DNA of 64,000 nt, taken from IMG/VR virus record IMGVR_UViG_3300014205_000225, positions 2,826 to 66,825 of that record, one strand, 5' to 3'. Source of the stretch: a virus. Both the position numbers and the translations under genes were made by a program. The notes under the pieces are model-generated. The model was not told the origin of the DNA, searched no databases, and worked only from the letters and a program-made list of their open reading frames with translations. Below, piece after piece: positions 45,255-55,029 of this stretch; positions within the stretch are counted from its first letter, which is position 1; each line of letters starts with the position of its first letter.

Positions 45255-46342
45255 TATTTGGGTTTTCGGTCTAGCCGCAAAGAGGCTTCTATTTCGCTCC
45301 AGGCTTCCCCGGTTATTTTCCTCAACTCCTTTTCCAAGTGGCCATCTTCAATGGTGCGGATAAGTTTTTCCCTGGTACAACTCAGGTCAAAATGAGTGGC
45401 ATTGATTTTTTGCCCCGTCTTCGTCCAATACCCCTCACTCTGTAGAAAGTCTATGCAACTTCCTATATCGTCGATACCGTAGTCGTAGAAAATGGGTAGC
45501 GTTGTATCTCGACGTTTCCCCGTGATTTTGTTTTTGGTTGTCTTGAGTATGGCGTCTACCCCAACAACCCGCTCCCGTTTTTTGTGCGTTTTGCCTATTG
45601 CCGCCCATACCTCATGGGTTGCATAAAACTTGAGGGCGCGCCCCCCGGCCCGCGTTTTTTTGCTAAAGCTCATGGGGTCGATATTGTCGCGGGTTTGGCT
45701 GATAATAATAAGCAGGGAGTTTGTCTTGCTAATTTTTCGAATGATAAGGCGGAACAATTCACTCATCCCTTTTGCCTTTGTCATTCCATAGCTGCCTTTT
45801 ATATCCTTGCCCTTTGCCCGAGCCATTCGCTGTTCCTCGTACTTGTTTATTTCCTCTTCACTGCCAATGGAATCGAGGCTGTCAAGTACATAGATAAACG
45901 GGCGCCCGTCGTCCAGAGCATCGTGGACGTTGTCGCAAAAAGCCTGCACAGTGTCGCTGGCAGGCTTGGCGGTGTCCTGGTTTGGTGGTTCGATTCGGTC
46001 AGCAACCTTATCCCCAAATAGATAAGGAATGTCAAAGGCGCAGGCTGCTTCGGCATCGTCATAGATAAAGCGGTAGTCCTTAAACCGTTTCAGCATGGCT
46101 GCTTCGGCAAAGGCTGTCAGGGCAAGAAATGTTTTGCCGCTGGAGCTGTCCCCGATAATGTTTGCCATTGTGCCCAAGGCGTACCCACCGTCAGCGCGGT
46201 CACTCAGCATCAAGTTAAACAATGTGCTCCCAGTAGGCAAAAAACCGGAAGCATCCATAGGACGCGAGCTTCGTTCTTTTGGCTCTTCTACGGAAGCGTT
46301 AATTTGTTCGCCTATGTCAGACACATTATTTTTTCGGGCCAT
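45251..46342 (-). CDS. recA: RecA/UvsX-like recombinase
   Basis: GDSSSGKT, DAE, LDSLDS, ISQTRD, GGRALKFYA. Confidence 0.92.
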   Translation of the reverse strand: MARKNNVSDIGEQINASVEEPKERSSRPMDASGFLPTGSTLFNLMLSDRADGGYALGTMANIIGDSSSGKTFLALTAFAEAAMLKRFKDYRFIYDDAEAACAFDIPYLFGDKVADRIEPPNQDTAKPASDTVQAFCDNVHDALDDGRPFIYVLDSLDSIGSEEEINKYEEQRMARAKGKDIKGSYGMTKAKGMSELFRLIIRKISKTNSLLIIISQTRDNIDPMSFSKKTRAGGRALKFYATHEVWAAIGKTHKKRERVVGVDAILKTTKNKITGKRRDTTLPIFYDYGIDDIGSCIDFLQSEGYWTKTGQKINATHFDLSCTREKLIRTIEDGHLEKELRKITGEAWSEIEASLRLDRKPKY

Positions 46343-46526
46343 TTTCCAGAAACTCCTCAAGAAGTTTTTTGTTCACATTCCAACGGCTACCTTCACCAAG
46401 TGGTTGGTATCCGAGGTTATTCGCCTTAATCCATTTGATCATGGTGGCATATACACAATGAATACCTTTCTTTTTGGCAAGCTCTAAAGCGGTCGGAACA
46501 CCTATCATCTCTACTTGGTCATTCAT
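46326..46526 (-). CDS. small HTH (excisionase-like) DNA-binding protein
   Basis: ATMIKWIK...GSRWNVNK. Confidence 0.6.
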   Translation of the reverse strand: MNDQVEMIGVPTALELAKKKGIHCVYATMIKWIKANNLGYQPLGEGSRWNVNKKLLEEFLENGPKK

Positions 46527-46546
46527 TGCGGTGTCCTTTAGTAAAA

Positions 46547-46636
46547 GCCTGGGCCGGTGCTACAAGGATAGATGCTTCCAACCACTCTCTATCACCCTTT
46601 GGGTAGGGTAGCTCCGTTTACTTTTCTTACCAAGGC
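46547..46636 (-). ncRNA. putative structured RNA motif, copy A (downstream of ssb)
   Basis: GCCTTGG-TAAGAAAAGTAAA-CGGAG...CACCG-GCCCAGGC; matches copy B. Confidence 0.55.
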
Positions 46637-46642
46637 AGGTCG

Positions 46643-47755
46643 TTATGCGCGGCGGCGTCCACCACGTTCTTCGCGTTTCAGCCTGTCTTTTTCATCGGCG
46701 CACTCTTCCCACTGCTTGCATTTGTCACATTCGTCATGGGCGTCGTTGTCTTTACCCCATTTGAACCCATTAGGGCATTTCTCGGAAGAGTCTTCGTCTT
46801 CGTCCTGGCCCTTGCGATTTTTCTGGGGTGCCTGTTTGCGGCCACGAGGGGCGGGTTTTTCATCTTCCGGCTCTTCCTCCGGCTCTTCTGGCTCTTCCCA
46901 CGGTTCCTCCGGTTCCTCTTCCTCAACAACCCGGCGGCGGCGCGCAGGTGTTTCTTCCTTGTTGGTATTGCGACGCCGTGGGGCTTCTTCTTCCGCGTCA
47001 TCGTCCTTCTCGTCATCGTCGTCGTCTTGTACAACGTCTGTACCGAACAAAATGGCCTTCAGTTGTTCTGCTGTCAAGATGTTGAGCGCCTTGTCCAAGT
47101 CAACCGCCTTGTCCAAGTATTTGGGGCTCAGGTCCTCCCGATCCACAAAGTCAATGCGCTGTGCTTCGAGGAAGGCGTTTTTGCCGAGTTTCTTTTCTCC
47201 AAAACGAACTTTCAGCGTGTACCCGCCTTTAAGCATGGGAAAGTCAAGGTACTGTTCGTCGACGTTGCGCAATTCATCTTCAATAATGCGCCCAAAGAGG
47301 TAGCTGCTCATGTCGAAAACATACTGCTTCCCATTGATAAGCACGTTATACAGTTCCCGTTCGCTGGGCTTGAGAGCCTTAACAACATCCGGGTCCGTGT
47401 TTTTGTCCTTGCTGAGAAGTGCGTATTCCGCGCAGATGGGGCACGGCTTACCGATGCTTTTGAGGCAAACGTACCGCTTATCTTCGTCGCCGATATTGCG
47501 GTGAATCCAGTAAATACGGCGGTGCCATTCTTCCCCGGCTTTTACCCCGTCCGGATTGCGGCTTTCGCTCACAATGTAGGGGAAAATGTCAATTTCGTAG
47601 GTACCTTTTTCCGGGCTGAAAAACTCAATGCCGTCCGGAAGGCGTACTGTACCGCCCCCGGTGTTTTCGCTCTTGCGCTCTTCCAAGCGTTGGCGCATAC
47701 GGTCGCGCATACTCCCGCCGGAACTTCTTTCTTCTTTCTTTCCAACTCGAGCCAT
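46643..47755 (-). CDS. single-stranded DNA-binding protein (gp32-like)
   Basis: HRNIG...VCLKSIGKPCPIC, ERELYNV, long acidic tail. Confidence 0.8.
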   Translation of the reverse strand: MARVGKKEERSSGGSMRDRMRQRLEERKSENTGGGTVRLPDGIEFFSPEKGTYEIDIFPYIVSESRNPDGVKAGEEWHRRIYWIHRNIGDEDKRYVCLKSIGKPCPICAEYALLSKDKNTDPDVVKALKPSERELYNVLINGKQYVFDMSSYLFGRIIEDELRNVDEQYLDFPMLKGGYTLKVRFGEKKLGKNAFLEAQRIDFVDREDLSPKYLDKAVDLDKALNILTAEQLKAILFGTDVVQDDDDDEKDDDAEEEAPRRRNTNKEETPARRRRVVEEEEPEEPWEEPEEPEEEPEDEKPAPRGRKQAPQKNRKGQDEDEDSSEKCPNGFKWGKDNDAHDECDKCKQWEECADEKDRLKREERGGRRRA

Positions 47756-47788
47756 GTGTCTTTCTCCTTGGTTTGGGGTTGATTTAGT

Positions 47789-47862
47789 GCCGGGCCGGTG
47801 GGGTATCCGCTAGGGTTTTAGCACCGTCGCTGCCCATCCTCCGTTTACTTTCCTTACCCGGC
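47789..47862 (-). ncRNA. putative structured RNA motif, copy B (upstream of ssb)
   Basis: GCCGGG-TAAGGAAAGTAAA-CGGAG...CACCG-GCCCGGC. Confidence 0.55.
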
Positions 47863-47867
47863 TTTTC

Positions 47868-48044
47868 CTACTTGCGTTTCTGTCTGCTTTGTGTTCGGCG
47901 CAGTGTGTCAATTTGGTCGAGCATGTCTTCAAAAACCCCGTCTGCATCTTCCCCTTCGCACAGGTCTACTTCAATGTCTATGCGGGTGCTTTCATAATTT
48001 CCGTCATTGTACGTTTTTCCTAAACGGAGTGTCTTTAAATGGGC
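47868..48044 (-). pseudogene. protein-like reading frame with no canonical start at its 5' end (AHLKTLRLGKTYNDGNYESTRIDIEVD...)
   Basis: 59 codons directly after TAA TAG; NxGNYESxRID phage-like motif. Confidence 0.45.
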
Positions 48045-48047
48045 CTA

Positions 48048-48545
48048 TTATTCCCCAGGGTTCATGCGGCGACGCTGCCTTTTTCGCAGGTCGTCACGTT
48101 CTGCTGTTTTGATAGATTCCCGTGTTTCCTGGGAAACCTCGGTAACTTCGGGGGCGCTGAAATATTGCTGCCCGTGGAGGCGCACAAGGTTTTCCAGGGC
48201 GCACTTTCTTTGGTCAAAGGCCCGTACCGCCGCACCGAGCAACTCAACCAAATGGGATGCTTCGTGGACATTGTTCCGGAGTTTTCCGTAGGTCTCGTCC
48301 AATATGATTGCGTTACCGATACCGGCTTCCGTGACCTTGCCACCAAGCCCATACGACTCCGGGTCTTGTCTAATCGCAAGGTCAAGATTAGCCTTTTTAA
48401 CTTCCAGGGCTTCCTTGGCTTTATCAAGGGCGTATTTTGCTTCTGCGAGAGCCTCCGCGTACTTGAAAAACCGGCGTGGTTGGTCTACCCACTCCGTTTC
48501 AAGAGCATACATATCAATTTGCAGCTCTTCTTCATACTCGTTCAT
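48048..48545 (-). CDS. UvsY-like recombination mediator
   Basis: LQID..ALETEW..QP, KVTEAGI, AFDQRK.ALENLV. Confidence 0.7.
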   Translation of the reverse strand: MNEYEEELQIDMYALETEWVDQPRRFFKYAEALAEAKYALDKAKEALEVKKANLDLAIRQDPESYGLGGKVTEAGIGNAIILDETYGKLRNNVHEASHLVELLGAAVRAFDQRKCALENLVRLHGQQYFSAPEVTEVSQETRESIKTAERDDLRKRQRRRMNPGE

Positions 48546-48584
48546 AAAACCTCCCTTGGATATGTGTGTTTTGCTGTTAAATGT

Positions 48585-48612
48585 ATAGTAACACAGCAAA
48601 ATAAAAATACAA
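48585..48612 (-). promoter_or_regulatory. phage promoter motif copy 2 (TTGTAT-TTTTATTTT-GCTG-TGT-TACTAT)
   Basis: shared layout; upstream of uvsY/ssb/recA. Confidence 0.65.
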
Positions 48613-48636
48613 CATAAAAATATAAAAAACAATGAA

Positions 48637-48795
48637 TTATACCTTGCCAGTTATCTGTATTTCAGCAATTTGCGCATCCCGTACCCCGCCCAGGGCGTAA
48701 CTTTCGTTCCATTCAATTTCGACAGTTTCTATTAAAATGCCGGTTTCTTCCTGCACTTTCATAAGGGCGTCTCGTAACACATCGTAGACTGTCAT
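48637..48795 (-). CDS. hypothetical protein (MTVYDVLRDAL...)
   Basis: AGGAGG RBS; own translation, 52 aa. Confidence 0.6.
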   Translation of the reverse strand: MTVYDVLRDALMKVQEETGILIETVEIEWNESYALGGVRDAQIAEIQITGKV

Positions 48796-48805
48796 GATTT
48801 TCCTC

Positions 48806-49720
48806 CTACCCGTTCAATGCTGTGTATGATGCTAAAACTAACCCCGAGCGGCCATTGTTATAAAACGGTTCTTTGAACGCATCCATAACCAAGAACGCTT
48901 GTGGGTCATCATTGTTGAGCAAAACGCTGGCGCAGTACCCCATAACAGCAAGCCTGGTTTGTTCAATGTCAGCCTCTTCCAACCCCTTGAGAATGGCCGC
49001 TACCGCCTTCCAAGGGGAGCGTTTTATCAATGCCCGGCAAAGGTCGATAGCCGCGTTTTGTTCCGCTGCTGTCTTTTGTGCGGCTTTCTTTTGGTCTCTT
49101 GGGGACAGGTCGATAACCTTTTCCAAAACTTGTAGGGCGTTGCGCGGGCTCCCCAGGGAATCTTGGGATATTTGTTGCAAGGCTTCCGGTTCGATTGTCT
49201 TTCCTTCTGCTTCTACAATTTCGGAGAGCAGGTTGGAAAGTTGTCGCTCTGATAGCGGTGCAACATTGAACGGTACACAGCGCCCCCGCACGGTAGGGAG
49301 CAGTTTTTGGGGGTCCGTTGTGCAAAGAATGAAATACACATGCTCCGGAGCATCTTCCAATGCTTTCAGAAGCGCATTTTGCGCATCATTCGTGAGCTTG
49401 TGGCACTCATCCAAGAGAAACACGCGACAAGAGCCTTCAGAGGGGGAATAGCGCATTTTAGAACGAAGGTCGCGGATCGTATCAATACCGCGAAAATCCG
49501 CTGTGTCCAGTTCATAATAGTCTTGTCCTTTACATCCAAGGTTTCCTGCAACGATGCGACCCAGCGTTGTTTTCCCGCAACCGCTGGGGCCGTTAAACAT
49601 AAAGGTGTGAGGAATATCTTTTTTGTCCCTGGCCAGCACAGCCTCAAGAGCTTTGATTGTTGCTTCATTGCCAAGAACTTCATCAAACGATTTTGGACGA
49701 TAATCAGTTGCAAAGGGCAT
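48806..49720 (-). CDS. clamp loader, DNA polymerase III gamma/tau-like
   Basis: YRPKSFDEVLG, GPSGCGKTT, DECHKLT..AQNALLK.LE, RGRC. Confidence 0.92.
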   Translation of the reverse strand: MPFATDYRPKSFDEVLGNEATIKALEAVLARDKKDIPHTFMFNGPSGCGKTTLGRIVAGNLGCKGQDYYELDTADFRGIDTIRDLRSKMRYSPSEGSCRVFLLDECHKLTNDAQNALLKALEDAPEHVYFILCTTDPQKLLPTVRGRCVPFNVAPLSERQLSNLLSEIVEAEGKTIEPEALQQISQDSLGSPRNALQVLEKVIDLSPRDQKKAAQKTAAEQNAAIDLCRALIKRSPWKAVAAILKGLEEADIEQTRLAVMGYCASVLLNNDDPQAFLVMDAFKEPFYNNGRSGLVLASYTALNG

Positions 49721-49740
49721 TCTTGTCTCCTTTTTGTAGG

Positions 49741-50040
49741 TTATCTGGGGACTGCACGGGTTTCCGACGTTTTGTTGACTTGCTCTGCCGCCCGTATACC
49801 GTACCCGGCAATATCAATCCAGGGGGATTCCCCGAATGGGTCGTTGTCCGTGGCTAATCTACACAGCTTATCCAAAACCCTGGCGATTGGTAAAACAACG
49901 TCCATTTTTTCAACTGGTATCCCGTCCGGGTATAGGATCTTTAGCATAGCCGTAGTTTTTATGTAAGCGTCCCCATACGCCTTGTTTTTCTCCGAAACAA
50001 TCCTTCCTATTTCTGCCCCGAGTGTTTCAAAATTGGTCAT
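49741..50040 (-). CDS. nucleotide-modification-associated (DUF1599/Nmad1-like) protein
   Basis: KNKAYGD, RVLDKL.R, ESPWIDIAGY. Confidence 0.65.
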   Translation of the reverse strand: MTNFETLGAEIGRIVSEKNKAYGDAYIKTTAMLKILYPDGIPVEKMDVVLPIARVLDKLCRLATDNDPFGESPWIDIAGYGIRAAEQVNKTSETRAVPR

Positions 50041-50232
50041 GATACGTCTCCTTTGCTGATTGGTATGCCCCCCATATCTTCAACTTTATTTCCCTCCATT
50101 TACCCAATACCGTTCTCCTTGTAACATGCCCCCATGTTTTTGGGTCGTCATCCTAGCTCCACAGCATTTGACGCACATCCCGGAATGTAAGTCCTGTTCT
50201 AAATCGGTGGTATTCATTTAATTCTTCCGGTG

Positions 50233-51600
50233 TCATAAAATACCAGATAAATCAAGTTTCCCCTTTTGGCTCCAAGGGGTGTCCACAGGGCTTCCCTCTA
50301 CATCCGCCAACATTGGAACGGTTATCCAAGCATAGTGTTCTACTAATTCCCGTTCCATGACCCGGTGTAACGTCCGCACAACCAATTCCAACTCACTCGG
50401 ATGCACGTCCAAGACCATCTCGTCGTGAATTTGCCCAACAATGCGACTTTTCCAATTATCTCTAATAGAAATTTCTGTAACACGGCACAAACTCCACAAA
50501 AGACAATGAAACGCGCTACCCTGTATCGGGTAATTAACGGCGTCGTTTCTAGACATAACCGTTTGGCAGCGGAAACCAGTATAAGTATCGAAGTACCCCT
50601 TGTTTTGGTACGCTTCCCACCAGTCCTCTTTCCATTGTGCGTACACTGGAAAGCGGGTATACCAAAAAGACCGCTCCACTTTCTTAACGTGGTTTTCAAA
50701 TGCTTCCGGAGTACCAATCCCGACTTTTTTCATGTGCCGTAGCAGGGGGGTCCCGTCTGCAAGTTTTGCATAATCCTCGTTGAGAACGTCCTGCCACATC
50801 CCTTCGGCACAACTCTTATACCAATCCCCATAGAACTGAGCAAAAACAAATTTTCCCTTGGCAATGTTGCGCACCGGCTTAATAATTTGGGGGGGTTTTA
50901 GCTTAAACAGTTCCAAGGCCATGTCTCGGTGCATGTCCTTGGAGCTGTCTTTATTATAAGTGGTCATTGTTGGGTCGTGGTGGTAGCTGTTTGCTATGCG
51001 TACTTCCGCACCGCTATAATCAGCGCACAGCAACAAATGCCCTGGGCGGGGGATTATCGCTTGTCTAGCAAGCAACTTCATTTCCGGGTCGCGATTTGGT
51101 ATATTCTGAAAATTAGGGGAACTGCTGCTTGATCTGAAAGTAATGACGCGGTTCAAGTTGAAGAATGGGTGCATTACCCCATCAATTTGCTCTTTTAAGA
51201 AATTCCCGAGGTACGTTGTTTTTATCTTTTCAAGTTTGCGGCATTCCAAGAGCTTTACAATATCCGCTTGCCCGGTAGCTCGGAGGGACTCTTCGTCCGT
51301 ACTTGCTTTTCCACTTGCAGTCTTCTTAGATGGGGTGTACCCCAAATCAGAGTACAAAATTTGTGCAAGGTGGTCATTGCTTGCGGGGTTAAACTTTCTT
51401 CCATAGACCTTTCGTCCGGCGGCAAATAGGGGGCTGTCTTGAAGCTCCCCCATTGTATTTTCGATACGACGTTCCACTCTGCGGATTGTTTTATTGCAGT
51501 ACGCAACATCGATACAAAGCCCTTGTCGCTCCGCCAGCGCCAGCGCCCAGGTGCCCCGGTGTAGCAAAGAAAACGCTTCACTTGTGACCGGCATTAACAT
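50233..51600 (-). CDS. family A DNA polymerase, polymerase domain
   Basis: SSSSPNFQNIP, ADYSGAEVR, R..AK..F..FYG, NYPIQGSA, QIHDE. Confidence 0.95.
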   Translation of the reverse strand: MLMPVTSEAFSLLHRGTWALALAERQGLCIDVAYCNKTIRRVERRIENTMGELQDSPLFAAGRKVYGRKFNPASNDHLAQILYSDLGYTPSKKTASGKASTDEESLRATGQADIVKLLECRKLEKIKTTYLGNFLKEQIDGVMHPFFNLNRVITFRSSSSSPNFQNIPNRDPEMKLLARQAIIPRPGHLLLCADYSGAEVRIANSYHHDPTMTTYNKDSSKDMHRDMALELFKLKPPQIIKPVRNIAKGKFVFAQFYGDWYKSCAEGMWQDVLNEDYAKLADGTPLLRHMKKVGIGTPEAFENHVKKVERSFWYTRFPVYAQWKEDWWEAYQNKGYFDTYTGFRCQTVMSRNDAVNYPIQGSAFHCLLWSLCRVTEISIRDNWKSRIVGQIHDEMVLDVHPSELELVVRTLHRVMERELVEHYAWITVPMLADVEGSPVDTPWSQKGKLDLSGIL

Positions 51601-52832
51601 TGCATATCCTTTAATAAATCGAACAAGTGCCCTTGTTGTTTCTGGGCCAGTTGATATTCAAGCAAAGCATCGAGGCCGTTGTAAATGAGAAGTTCCTTTT
51701 TGGGGGCTAAATGGATGCGGTTAAAAGCGTTGCCGCCGTGAGCGCGTTCTTCTTCCGCATCTGCTTTAAGGTAATCCAAAACAGCGTCCTCATATCCAAG
51801 GACACCTAGTTGCACATACGTTTGAAATTTTAACCCAGTTATGTCGTTTCTATTGTCAAGCTGATGTGTAACCAGCATGGTATCCCATATCCAATTATTG
51901 ACACCATGCCCGCAAATAATGTTTGTCCATAAGTCCTCAAATTTCATATTCTGCGCTATCTTGCCAACGCCGCTTTCCATCAATTTTCGCCATGCCCGGA
52001 GAGTACCCCGTTTTTTGGGCCATTCAAAGGCGAAGGCTTTATTCATGTCGTTACATACAGCGCAAGAAACAATTCGGTGTCCCTGTCTGTATGGTTTCAG
52101 TCCAGTTGTTTCATAGTCAAAAGCAACCTCTCCCATATCCGATTTTGTCATATCATACAATAAGTCTTCAATGTCCGACTCTTTGTCTAATATTTCAACG
52201 CACTTAAATTCGTCGGTATATGATGGGAGGGGGGTAGTTAAAAGCCCCGCTGCCAAAGCCAAGTCCTTGCGCCAAATTGCAAGCACGGAGCGGTTTTTCT
52301 CTGCTACCTGGGCAACATGGTTGGGAGACATAACCGGCACAATCCACGCGCCAAATTCGCGGTCTGGGATGGCCCACCCGCGCCATTTGTCGATGCCACC
52401 GATACCGCCATTTACCCTGTGCCCAACTAAACTTTCTACCGCGCCAATCCCAAGGGCGATTATCACATTCGGACGCATCTTTTCTATTTCCGCCAAAACA
52501 TCTGGTCGGCAGTATTCCACTTCTAGGGGGGTCGGTTCCCTATCTCCTTTTGGGCGGCACTTTACCGCATAGGTTTTTCGGCAATCAAGCCGTAGGTCTA
52601 ACCCTACCCTGTTAAGCTCTTTCCGTAACAGGTTATCTCCGGCACCAAACCCCTCTTCATCCTCCCTGGCGTTTGGCCTGTCCGCAATTACAAGAACCTT
52701 CGTCCCTTTTCCATGCGTTTCCATTTTGGCAATATTGCATTGTAGATGAAGGCCGCACCCTAGACAGCCCTTTATTTTTCTAATCGTTGCCGCAGTTGCC
52801 GTTTCTTGTGTAGTAAAAAACCCTTCCACCAT
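51594..52832 (-). CDS. UDG-like domain + 3'-5' exonuclease (N-terminal half of split polymerase)
   Basis: C..C.L, VKCRP..DREPT, IIALG; FDYETTGL, QNMKFE, DTML, YNGLDA. Confidence 0.88.
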   Translation of the reverse strand: MVEGFFTTQETATAATIRKIKGCLGCGLHLQCNIAKMETHGKGTKVLVIADRPNAREDEEGFGAGDNLLRKELNRVGLDLRLDCRKTYAVKCRPKGDREPTPLEVEYCRPDVLAEIEKMRPNVIIALGIGAVESLVGHRVNGGIGGIDKWRGWAIPDREFGAWIVPVMSPNHVAQVAEKNRSVLAIWRKDLALAAGLLTTPLPSYTDEFKCVEILDKESDIEDLLYDMTKSDMGEVAFDYETTGLKPYRQGHRIVSCAVCNDMNKAFAFEWPKKRGTLRAWRKLMESGVGKIAQNMKFEDLWTNIICGHGVNNWIWDTMLVTHQLDNRNDITGLKFQTYVQLGVLGYEDAVLDYLKADAEEERAHGGNAFNRIHLAPKKELLIYNGLDALLEYQLAQKQQGHLFDLLKDMQC

Positions 52833-52843
52833 ATCACCCCTTT

Positions 52844-53854
52844 TCAGTTTTTAGGAAGAAGTGACACCACATGCGTCCATTTATCGCCGGTGAATTTGAG
52901 CTTTTGTTTTCCGACAACGGAAGTTCCCCCGTACCGCAAAATGTCCATAAAAAATTCAGCGTTGATGATAAACTTGGCCTCCCCTGCAAAACGGATGCGC
53001 ATCTCTTCTTCCAAAAAACCATAATCACCTTCTCCGCGAACAAACAAACGTCCTTCGGAAATGGTTATGGTAATCATACTGCCAGCACCTTTTAACTGGT
53101 TTTCCCCAAAAACCCCGGCGCGATCGATGGCTTCGATGAGCCCATCCGACCATTTAATGTCTTCTCCAGTAAACACCATTATTTTAGAGATATCCGGGTA
53201 GGTATCGGCGAAGGTTCTGCAACAAAACAAGACGTCATTTTCAAGTGCAAAATGAAGCCACCCATCAATAAGGGCCGCGGATACCGGCGTATGCACGATA
53301 AGACTTTTTGCAGCTTCTGCCGGGATAAGGTATTCCCCAACTTCTTTATCCAGGGCGTACTGAGTAAGCCGGAAATTGTCGCAACTTTCCGCAATATTTC
53401 CGTTAATATGTACGCAAGTCAATAGTGGGCGGCTTGCGTCTTTACTTGTGCTGAACAGGCAGAATTTTACAGCTTCGCAGAAGTTTTCTGGCAGCTGCTC
53501 CCATTGCACGTTGTCTTTTCCCTCATTGAAAGGAAGTTTAACGTCCTCGTCCATGCGGATACCGGCTTTGGACTTTTTACCGTGAACGCGCAGCTGCCCG
53601 CTTTCCACAAAAACGTCCACTTCTTCATCATTGCTCTTTTTAAGCATGGTTAGCAATTTGCCACCGTTGACAGCCCCCTCTACATCCAGGTCTATCGGGT
53701 GGCTAATGGAAATTTCGTCGTTGTATGTGTATACGCGCCCACCTTGAAAAATAAAGCAGTCACTTTGTTCAATGACCGCTTTGTTTGCAAGACCCGGATT
53801 AACAAGGGACAGGATATCAATTAGGTACTGCTTTTTGATTTTCATAGGGAGCAT
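52844..53854 (-). CDS. sliding clamp, DNA polymerase III beta-like
   Basis: STSKDASRPLLTCVHI, SCDNFRL, YPD. Confidence 0.8.
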   Translation of the reverse strand: MLPMKIKKQYLIDILSLVNPGLANKAVIEQSDCFIFQGGRVYTYNDEISISHPIDLDVEGAVNGGKLLTMLKKSNDEEVDVFVESGQLRVHGKKSKAGIRMDEDVKLPFNEGKDNVQWEQLPENFCEAVKFCLFSTSKDASRPLLTCVHINGNIAESCDNFRLTQYALDKEVGEYLIPAEAAKSLIVHTPVSAALIDGWLHFALENDVLFCCRTFADTYPDISKIMVFTGEDIKWSDGLIEAIDRAGVFGENQLKGAGSMITITISEGRLFVRGEGDYGFLEEEMRIRFAGEAKFIINAEFFMDILRYGGTSVVGKQKLKFTGDKWTHVVSLLPKN

Positions 53855-53862
53855 CCTTTAGG

Positions 53863-55029
53863 TTATAGTCCAAAACCAGCCGCTTGTTCCTGATGATCGC
53901 AGTTAAAAGTCCAGGGCCATTCTGGTATAGATTTTTCAAGGTCGAGGAAATAGATGATGTTAAGTTCGTCCCGTAGCTTGTACTGATTACTTATCCCGGG
54001 AACCAGTATGGTTTCTACTTGTCGTAATCCACCGGAACTTTTTCCTATCCACCGTTCATTTTCTTTCAGCGTATAGGTTTCCTGTTCCATACGAAAGTCA
54101 CTTTCCCCAAGTTGGTATCCCTTTTCATGGATGTATTCGAGAAACAGGTTCTTAACAACCGGGGAAACAGTTGTGATGTGTTCTTGAAATTCAGACTTAC
54201 TCGGGGAACGATTGGAAACGTCAATTTTCCAGCTTTGTTCGTTATAGATATAACGCCCGTCCCGTTTACGGGGTATGTATATACCGCCTAAACGCCCTGT
54301 CACAACCCAACTCGTACTGTCCACGCTGTACCAAGGGTAACGGAGCATAAGGGGTAGGGAGGTCATACCAAACCCGTGTACCTTAATTCTTGGGGAGCCG
54401 GATTTATCGCAAATGTATTCCGAGAAAATTCTGTCTAACCATTTGAGTAAATTGCTGGTAGAGATTGGAACCATGCCCCCAAGTGCGATGTACTCGTATT
54501 TGTCGAGGTAGCGCAGTAACCATTTTTCGTCTTCCCCGTAGTGAAAACAGGGGAGCGGGGCGAGCCCCATCCGCTCCATCTTTTTCTGATTGTCCCAGGT
54601 AGCTTGTGGATCGCCAATAACATCAAGGTTTGCGTAAACTTCAAGAAATGGTTCGATTTCTTTTATATATCTGGCGTATTCTTCTATGTCTATCGTAACT
54701 CCCTTGGTAAACGCAGAAAACGCCCCGGAATCCAGAAATAGATTCACACCGTTTTCTAGGTTTTTCAGAAACCATTTTGTTTCAAATCCAGAGTTACAAT
54801 GAAAATAAGAATGCAGTTTGGACCCTTTTTTGAAAAGTTCTTGTAAACAAAGTTCTTCGCTGGACGCCACGGTTGTTCCAGCAAGATACAATTTCATTTT
54901 TAATGTCTCCAAGAAATGTTTACGCTCATTGTGGTTTGTTTCGTCCGCTACATAGAAAAAAGAATGCAGGGCGTTTTTGGTATGCTTGGAATGGTGCGTG
55001 TTACTTTCTGCGGCAATGTAAATTTTCAT
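53863..55029 (-). CDS. dpdA: DpdA-like deazaguanine DNA transglycosylase (TGT family)
   Basis: [39 protein letters not shown]; next to folE/queC. Confidence 0.8.
   Translation of the reverse strand: MKIYIAAESNTHHSKHTKNALHSFFYVADETNHNERKHFLETLKMKLYLAGTTVASSEELCLQELFKKGSKLHSYFHCNSGFETKWFLKNLENGVNLFLDSGAFSAFTKGVTIDIEEYARYIKEIEPFLEVYANLDVIGDPQATWDNQKKMERMGLAPLPCFHYGEDEKWLLRYLDKYEYIALGGMVPISTSNLLKWLDRIFSEYICDKSGSPRIKVHGFGMTSLPLMLRYPWYSVDSTSWVVTGRLGGIYIPRKRDGRYIYNEQSWKIDVSNRSPSKSEFQEHITTVSPVVKNLFLEYIHEKGYQLGESDFRMEQETYTLKENERWIGKSSGGLRQVETILVPGISNQYKLRDELNIIYFLDLEKSIPEWPWTFNCDHQEQAAGFGL

Noticed and set aside
46547-47862. tRNA or known ribozyme identity for the ssb-flanking elements
   Set aside because: No T-loop or cloverleaf, and no hammerhead, HDV, pistol or twister core that I can recognise.
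40923-52832. Stop-codon reassignment or introns explaining split sbcC and polymerase genes
   Set aside because: TAA, TAG and TGA all end well-defined genes, the split parts are in different frames with their own starts, and no intron-like intervening sequence is visible.
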